A DNA stretch of 64,000 bases. Origin: an uncultured Actinomycetota bacterium (GTDB taxonomy: Bacteria > Actinomycetota > Actinomycetes > JACCUZ01). Both the position numbers and the translations under genes were made by a program. Below the pieces are notes generated by a model that did not search any database, was not told the origin of the DNA, and worked only from the letters and a program-made list of their open reading frames with translations. The stretch spans positions 47,787 to 111,786 of the forward strand of contig CAVXNC010000001.1 in assembly GCA_963762865.1 (NCBI GenBank). The letters are read 5' to 3'. Below, piece by piece: positions 59,017-64,000 of the stretch. The stretch's first letter is position 1. Each line of letters begins with the position of its first letter.

Positions 59017-60485
59017 GCGCCCGACCCCTTCTTGTCACCCGCGCGTGGATCCGCTGCCGCGGCCTCGGCAGCGGCCTGTGCCGCCTGAGCTGTGCGTGTG
59101 CCTGCCCGCCGGCGGGCAACCCAGCCCGCGACGTTGCGCTGCGTGCCCCGGGCGACCGCCAGCTCGCCCGGGCCGACCCGGTCGGTCACCGTGGAACCGG
59201 CCGCGACGTAGGAGCCGTCGGCGATCTCCAGGGGCGCGACGAGGACCGAGTCGCTGCCGACGAAGGAGTGCCGCCCGACCGTGGTGGCGCTCTTGGTGAC
59301 CCCGTCGTAGTTGGCGAAGATCGTGCCGGCGCCGATGTTGGTGCCCTCGCCGATCGTCGCGTCCCCGACGTAGGACAGGTGCGGCACCTTGGCGTCGTCG
59401 CCGACGTCGGCCGCCTTCATCTCGACGAAGCCGCCCGCCTTGGCCCCGCGCCCCAGCCGGGTGCCCGGGCGCAGGTAGGTGTAGGGCCCGACGGTCGCGT
59501 CCGGTCCGACCACGGCGCCGTACGACGTCGTGTTGACGACCTCCGCGCCCGCACCCACCTGCGTGTCGACGAGCAGGCAGTTGGGTCCGACCTTGGCGCC
59601 GCCGGCGATGTGGGTGGTGCCGCGCAACAGGGTGTTGGGCTCGAGGACCGCGTCGGGCTCGACCGTGACGTCGGCATCGACCCAGGTGGTCGCGGGGTCG
59701 ACGACGGCGACACCGGCGCGCATCAGCCGCTCCACCGTGCGGCGGTTCAGCTCGCGATGCAGGGCAGCCAGCTGCACCCGGTCGTTGGCGCCCTCGACGG
59801 CCCAGGTGTCGGCAACGGGGAGGGCACCGACGCGACGGCTGTCGGCGACCGCGTGCGCCACCACGTCGGTGAGGTAGAGCTCACCCTGCGCGTTGTCGGT
59901 GTCGAGCCGGGCGAGGCAGGCGCGCAGTGTCTCTGCGCCGAACGCGTAGACGCCGGAGTTGACCTCGCGGACCGCGGCCTGCTCCTCGGTGGCGTCCTTC
60001 TGCTCGACAACGGCGACGACCGCGGCGTCGTCGCCGCGCAGGACGCGGCCGTAGCCGGACGGGTCGTCGAGGTACGCCGTGAGGATGGTGACGTCGTTGC
60101 CCTGGACTTCGTGGGCGTCGAGCAGCCCCTGCAGCACGTCGGCGGTCAGCAGCGGTACGTCGCCATACGTGACCACGACGGTGCCGTCGAGGGGCGGGAG
60201 CGCCGCGAGCGCGACCTGGGTCGCGTGGCCCGTGCCGAGCTGGTCCTCCTGGACGACGGCGGCGGCCTTCGGGGCGACCTCGGCCAGGTGAGCCATGACC
60301 TCTTCGCGTCCGTGGCCGACCACGACGACCAGGTGGTCGGGGTCGAGGGCTCCGGCAGCGGCGACCGCGTGGTGGACCAGGGTCCGCCCGCCAACGGCGT
60401 GGAGCACCTTCGGGATCGACGACTTCATCCGCGTGCCCTCACCGGCGGCGAGGACGACCACGGCGGCCGGTCGGTCGGGGCTCAC
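59013..60485 (-). CDS. glmU: bifunctional UDP-N-acetylglucosamine pyrophosphorylase / glucosamine-1-phosphate N-acetyltransferase
   Basis: 490 aa. The N-terminus LAAGEGTRMKS is the nucleotidyltransferase motif. The C-terminus has left-handed beta-helix hexapeptide repeats. It overlaps the prs start by 4 nt. Confidence 0.95.
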   Translation of the reverse strand: MSPDRPAAVVVLAAGEGTRMKSSIPKVLHAVGGRTLVHHAVAAAGALDPDHLVVVVGHGREEVMAHLAEVAPKAAAVVQEDQLGTGHATQVALAALPPLDGTVVVTYGDVPLLTADVLQGLLDAHEVQGNDVTILTAYLDDPSGYGRVLRGDDAAVVAVVEQKDATEEQAAVREVNSGVYAFGAETLRACLARLDTDNAQGELYLTDVVAHAVADSRRVGALPVADTWAVEGANDRVQLAALHRELNRRTVERLMRAGVAVVDPATTWVDADVTVEPDAVLEPNTLLRGTTHIAGGAKVGPNCLLVDTQVGAGAEVVNTTSYGAVVGPDATVGPYTYLRPGTRLGRGAKAGGFVEMKAADVGDDAKVPHLSYVGDATIGEGTNIGAGTIFANYDGVTKSATTVGRHSFVGSDSVLVAPLEIADGSYVAAGSTVTDRVGPGELAVARGTQRNVAGWVARRRAGTRTAQAAQAAAEAAAADPRAGDKKGSGA

Positions 60486-60583
60486 GCGCGGAGCGCTCCT
60501 CGGCGAGGCGGCGGACGGGACGTCTTGCGGTCCGAGGATACCCGCCGTTCAGGACCCGGATCCCCAGGCGTCGAACCCACAAG

Positions 60584-60655
60584 CTCCCGGGAGAGGACTC
60601 GAACCCCTATCTGACTGGACCAAAACCAGCTGTGTTGCCGTTACACCACCCGGGA
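60584..60655 (-). tRNA. tRNA-Gln (anticodon TTG)
   Basis: The reverse complement is TCCCGGGTGGTGTAACGGCAACACAGCTGGTTTTGGTCCAGTCAGATAGGGGTTCGAGTCCTCTCCCGGGAG. It has a 7-bp acceptor stem, the anticodon loop TTTTGGT, the T-loop GGTTCGAGTCC, and no encoded CCA. Confidence 0.8.
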
Positions 60656-60863
60656 CGGATCGCTCAGGCTAGACGGTACGGATCTGCGGGTCGGGTGCGT
60701 GCCTTCCGGATCCGTTGCAGTTCACGGTGTTCCTGACCGGACGACGACACGTCGATCCGGAAGGGACGCACCGCCCGCCCCGGCCGGCGCGACGGTTCGA
60801 CCGGTTACGGGTCCGTAGGTTACCTTCGCGTAGGTACGAGGAACCGAGCCGGAAGGCCGCCGA

Positions 60864-61808
60864 ATGACCGCACCCGTGACCGACCGACCCACCCCCGACC
60901 TGCCCGCGGGCACGCTCGGCGGCGAGCGCAAGGGGCTGCTCGAGCAGGTGGCGCTGATCGCCTTCGTCGCCGTGCCGTTCGTGGCGATCCTGCTGGCGCT
61001 CCCGGTCGCCTGGGGCGGCTGGCTCGGCTGGTCGGACGTGGTGCTGTCCTTCGTCTTCTACGCCGTCGCGGGCCACGGCATCACGGTCGGCTTCCACCGC
61101 TACCTGACCCACGGGTCGTTCAAGGCCAAGCGGCCGCTGCGGGTCGGTCTCGCCGTCGCGGGCAGCCTGGCCATCGAGGGGCCGGCGATCCGGTGGGTCG
61201 CCGACCACCGCAAGCACCACAAGTTCTCCGACAAGGAGGGCGACCCGCACTCGCCGTGGCGCTACGGCGAGACGGTGCCCGCGCTGGTCAAGGGCCTCTG
61301 GTACGCCCACATGGGCTGGCTCTTCGACGTCGAGCAGACCCCTGCCCGGCAGTACGCCCCCGACCTGCTGGCCGACAAGGACATCGTCAAGGTCAGCCGG
61401 GCCTTCCCCGCCCTCGCACTCGCCTCGCTCGCTCTCCCGCCCGTGCTCGGCGGCCTGATGACCTGGTCCTGGCACGGTGCCCTGACCGCGTTCTTCTGGG
61501 CGAGCCTGGTCCGCGTCGGCCTGCTGCACCACGTCACCTGGTCGATCAACTCGATCTGCCACGCCATGGGCGAGCGACCGTTCGAGAGCCGCGACCGCGC
61601 AGGCAACGTCTGGTGGCTGGCCGTGCTGTCCATGGGCGAGTCGTGGCACAACCTGCACCACGCCGACCCGACGTGCGCGCGCACCGGCGTGCTGCGTGGC
61701 CAGGTCGACTCCGGCGCCCGGGTCATCCAGCTCTTCGAGGCGTGCGGCTGGGCGTACGACGTCCGGTGGCCCAAGCAGGAGCGACTCGACGCCCGACGGG
61801 CCGCCTGA
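60864..61808 (+). CDS. acyl-CoA (stearoyl) delta-9 desaturase, DesA3-like
   Basis: 314 aa. It has the three His boxes HRYLTH, HRKHH and HNLHH, plus transmembrane segments. Confidence 0.9.
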   Translation: MTAPVTDRPTPDLPAGTLGGERKGLLEQVALIAFVAVPFVAILLALPVAWGGWLGWSDVVLSFVFYAVAGHGITVGFHRYLTHGSFKAKRPLRVGLAVAGSLAIEGPAIRWVADHRKHHKFSDKEGDPHSPWRYGETVPALVKGLWYAHMGWLFDVEQTPARQYAPDLLADKDIVKVSRAFPALALASLALPPVLGGLMTWSWHGALTAFFWASLVRVGLLHHVTWSINSICHAMGERPFESRDRAGNVWWLAVLSMGESWHNLHHADPTCARTGVLRGQVDSGARVIQLFEACGWAYDVRWPKQERLDARRAA

Positions 61809-62491
61809 TGGCGACGACGGGGGACGCTCGCGGCACCCTGCCCGAGCAGGGCAAGCCGCGCCGCGACGGCCGGGCCGTCCGGATGACCGGCAAGGAGCGG
61901 CGCGAGCAGCTGCTCGACATCGGCCGCTCGCTCTTCGCCCAGAAGGGCTTCGACGCCACGTCCGTCGAGGAGATCGCGCAGAAGGCCGGCGTCTCCAAGC
62001 CGGTCGTCTACGAGCACTTCGGCGGCAAGGAGGGCCTCTACGCAGTCGTGGTCGACCGCGAGATGCGTGCCCTGCTCGACTCGATCACCGGTGCCCTCAC
62101 CAGCCAGGGCCACCCGCGCGAGCTGCTCGAGCACGCGGCCTTCGCGCTCCTCGACTACGTCGAGTCGTCGACCGACGGCTTCCGGATCCTGGTGCGCGAC
62201 TCGCCGGTGGCCCAGTCGACCGGCACCTTCGCCTCGCTGATCAGCGACGCCGCGACCCAGGTCGAGCACATCATGGTCAGCCAGTTCAAGATGCGCGGCT
62301 TCGAGCCGAAGTTCGCCCCGATGTACGCCCAGATGCTGGTCGGCATGGTCGCCCTCACCGGGCAGTGGTGGCTCGATGCCCGCAACCCCAAGAAGGCCGA
62401 CGTGGCAGCGCACCTGGTCAACCTCGCGTGGAACGGGCTCTCCGGCCTCGAGGCGAAGCCGGAGCTGCGGGACACCTCCGAGGGCCGCTAG
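61808..62491 (+). CDS. TetR/AcrR-family transcriptional regulator
   Basis: 227 aa. The N-terminal HTH is RREQLLDIGRSLFAQKGFDATSVEEIAQKAGVSKPVVYEHF. Its ATG overlaps the desaturase stop as ATGA. Confidence 0.85.
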   Translation: MATTGDARGTLPEQGKPRRDGRAVRMTGKERREQLLDIGRSLFAQKGFDATSVEEIAQKAGVSKPVVYEHFGGKEGLYAVVVDREMRALLDSITGALTSQGHPRELLEHAAFALLDYVESSTDGFRILVRDSPVAQSTGTFASLISDAATQVEHIMVSQFKMRGFEPKFAPMYAQMLVGMVALTGQWWLDARNPKKADVAAHLVNLAWNGLSGLEAKPELRDTSEGR

Positions 62492-62871
62492 CGGGTCGGC
62501 GGCCCGGCGACCGGCTCGAGCAGCTCGACCCGGTTGCCGACGGGGTCGGTGACGTAGCACCGGCGGTAGCCCGGGAAGTCGCCGTCCCACTCCACCGCGA
62601 TCCCGCCTGCGGCGAGCCGGGCCACCAGTCCGTCGAGGTCATCGACGAGGAGCCCCGGGTGCGCCTTGCGCGCCGGACGGAAGTCCTCCTCGACCCCCAG
62701 GTGGATCTCGACGCCGGCCGACCGGAACCACACCCCGCCGCGGGCGGCGAGGACCGGCGGCTTGGCCACCTCGGGGACGCCCAGCAGGTCGTCGTAGAAC
62801 GCGCGGAGCACGTCCTCCGACCCGCCCGGCGCCGCGAGCTGCACGTGGTGCAACCCGGTCACCGGGCTCAC
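62488..62871 (-). CDS. VOC/glyoxalase-family protein
   Basis: About 127 aa from a GTG start. It has LHHVQLAAP...VEIHLG...YVTDPVGNRVEL, the betaalphabetabetabeta module motifs. Confidence 0.65.
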   Translation of the reverse strand: MSPVTGLHHVQLAAPGGSEDVLRAFYDDLLGVPEVAKPPVLAARGGVWFRSAGVEIHLGVEEDFRPARKAHPGLLVDDLDGLVARLAAGGIAVEWDGDFPGYRRCYVTDPVGNRVELLEPVAGPPTR

Positions 62872-63647
62872 GGCTCGCCCCGACGGGCCACGGCGAAGAT
62901 CCGGCGGTACGGGAGCACGGTGCCCCACGGACGCTCCGGGTAGGCGGGCGCGACCAGGGCGCGGTACTCGGCCACGAAGTCGGCGCGCTCCGCGTCGTCC
63001 AGCGCACCGAGCACCGGCCGGAGCCCGGTGCCGCTGATCCAGCGAACAACTGCGTCCGGACCCTTCAGCACCTGCAGGTAGGTCGTCTCCCACACGTCGG
63101 CCGTGCAGCCGAGGCCGACCAGGGTCTCCAGGTAGACCGCCGGGTCCTCCGACGACGGCTGCTCGATCTCGAGGCCGGCCAGCCGTTCACGCCAGCACGG
63201 CGCGGCGCGCAGCTCGGCGATCGCGGTGTGGCTGCGCTCCCCGAAGTTGCCGGGCACCTGGAAGGCGAGCCAGCCACCCGGTCGCACCGCCGACACGAGC
63301 CGCTCCAGCAGGTCCAGGTGACCCGGCACCCACTGCAGGGTGGCGTTGCTCAGCAGCACGTCGACCGGCTCCTCCGGGGACCAGTCACGCAGGTCCCCGA
63401 CCCGGAAGCGCAGCCGGTCGGTCTCTCCGTCGGAGGTCGCCCGCTCGACCATCTCCGGCGAGGAGTCGATGCCCTCGACCGCCGCATCGGGCCAGCGGCG
63501 GGACAGCAGCCGGGTCAGGTTGCCCGGCCCGCAGCCCAGGTCGACCACCCGGCGCGGCGCCTCGGCCGGGACCCTGGCCACCAGGTCGACGAACGCCCGA
63601 CCGCGCTCGTCGCCGAACTGCAGGTACTCACCCGGGTCCCAGTGCAT
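62868..63647 (-). CDS. tam: trans-aconitate 2-methyltransferase (SAM-dependent, Tam)
   Basis: 259 aa from MHWDPGEYLQFGDERGRAFVDLV. It has the SAM motif VVDLGCGPGNLT. Confidence 0.85.
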   Translation of the reverse strand: MHWDPGEYLQFGDERGRAFVDLVARVPAEAPRRVVDLGCGPGNLTRLLSRRWPDAAVEGIDSSPEMVERATSDGETDRLRFRVGDLRDWSPEEPVDVLLSNATLQWVPGHLDLLERLVSAVRPGGWLAFQVPGNFGERSHTAIAELRAAPCWRERLAGLEIEQPSSEDPAVYLETLVGLGCTADVWETTYLQVLKGPDAVVRWISGTGLRPVLGALDDAERADFVAEYRALVAPAYPERPWGTVLPYRRIFAVARRGEP

Positions 63648-63668
63648 GCCGCTCACCTCGTCGATCCC

Positions 63669-63714
63669 GCGCCGATGTCTTGATGTCGAGATATCTTGGC
63701 GACGTACAATCTTG
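63669..63714. promoter_or_regulatory. paired MarR-type palindromic operator boxes in the tam/marR divergent promoter
   Basis: TCTTGAtgTCgAGA at about 63669-63682 and the perfect palindrome TCTTGAtgTCAAGA at about 63701-63714 are spaced 32 bp apart. The region is AT-richer. A GAGGAGG ribosome-binding site precedes the GTG start of marR. Confidence 0.45.
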
Positions 63715-63776
63715 ATGTCAAGAATCTTTGCATGGATACTCGACGCATCCCGTGAGCTGACGCGAGGAGGTCGGGG

Positions 63777-64000
63777 CGTGCAGGACGAGGTGGACCGGCT
63801 GGTCGCCGCGTGGGCCCGCGAGCGCCCGGACCTCGACGTGCGGCCGCTCGAGGTCCTCAGCCGGGTGACACGGCTCGCGCGGCACCTCGACCGCGCGCGG
63901 CGCACCGCCTTCGCCGCGCACGGGCTGGAGACCTGGGAGTTCGACGTGCTGGCCGCGTTGCGCCGCGAGGGCAAGCCCTACGTGCTCTCCCCCGGCCAGC
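63777..64000 (+). CDS. MarR-family transcriptional regulator (N-terminal 74 aa; 3' end truncated by the window edge)
   Basis: VQDEVDRLVAAWARERPDLDVRPLEVLSRVTRLARHLDRARRTAFAAHGLETWEFDVLAALRREG is the MarR wing-helix N-terminal pattern. Confidence 0.7.

Noticed and set aside
60541-60583. A second tRNA or a tRNA fragment next to tRNA-Gln, because of a ggcgtcgaaccc T-loop-like string
   Set aside because: No complementary T-stem, anticodon arm or acceptor pairing can be built around it. It is probably chance, or at most a degraded remnant.

Overview
This is a high-GC (about 70%) actinobacterial chromosomal segment, gene-dense, with roughly 60 protein-coding genes and 2 tRNAs. I saw no rRNA, CRISPR array, transposase/IS element, integrase or phage genes.

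The backbone is a conserved core block with mycobacterial-type gene order: pth, rplY(ctc), prs, glmU, tRNA-Gln on one side, and mfd, lipoprotein, mazG, DUF885, eno, FtsB-like, DUF501, ppx on the other.

The mfd/pth interval (about 43.7-56.4 kb) holds an accessory insertion. It carries an exosortase-type protein-sorting and exopolysaccharide locus: a PEP-CTERM-like cargo protein, an exosortase, an EpsI-like protein, a processive GT2 glycosyltransferase, a GT-C-like membrane protein and a convergent GH5-like secreted hydrolase. The insertion also carries a NarL/LuxR response regulator, PEP carboxylase, a small SD-driven protein and a large LuxR regulator.

Other content, 5' to 3':
- a DrrAB-like ABC efflux pair with tandem palindromic operators;
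- ilvA next to a FIST-domain protein;
- a divergent ChlI-like AAA+/VWA pair;
- an MFS transporter;
- sulfur amino-acid genes (a MetB/CGL-type PLP enzyme and CBS);
- msrA, followed by a recent ~533-bp tandem duplication that gives two YciI-like genes;
- a JmjC/cupin gene preceded by a tiny acidic (DGGA)n repeat protein;
- thiolase, def, ndh, a family-4 UDG, two GNATs and a fatty-acid desaturase/TetR pair;
- a Tam methyltransferase and a MarR regulator divergent across paired palindromic operators.

At least five accessory genes carry apparent single-base frameshifts: the VWA protein, CFA synthase, the GT-C protein, the LuxR response regulator and the cargo C-terminus. The long housekeeping genes are intact.

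The coding coordinates come from the supplied ORF track plus codon arithmetic. Short motifs read off the sequence by eye may be off by 1-2 nt.
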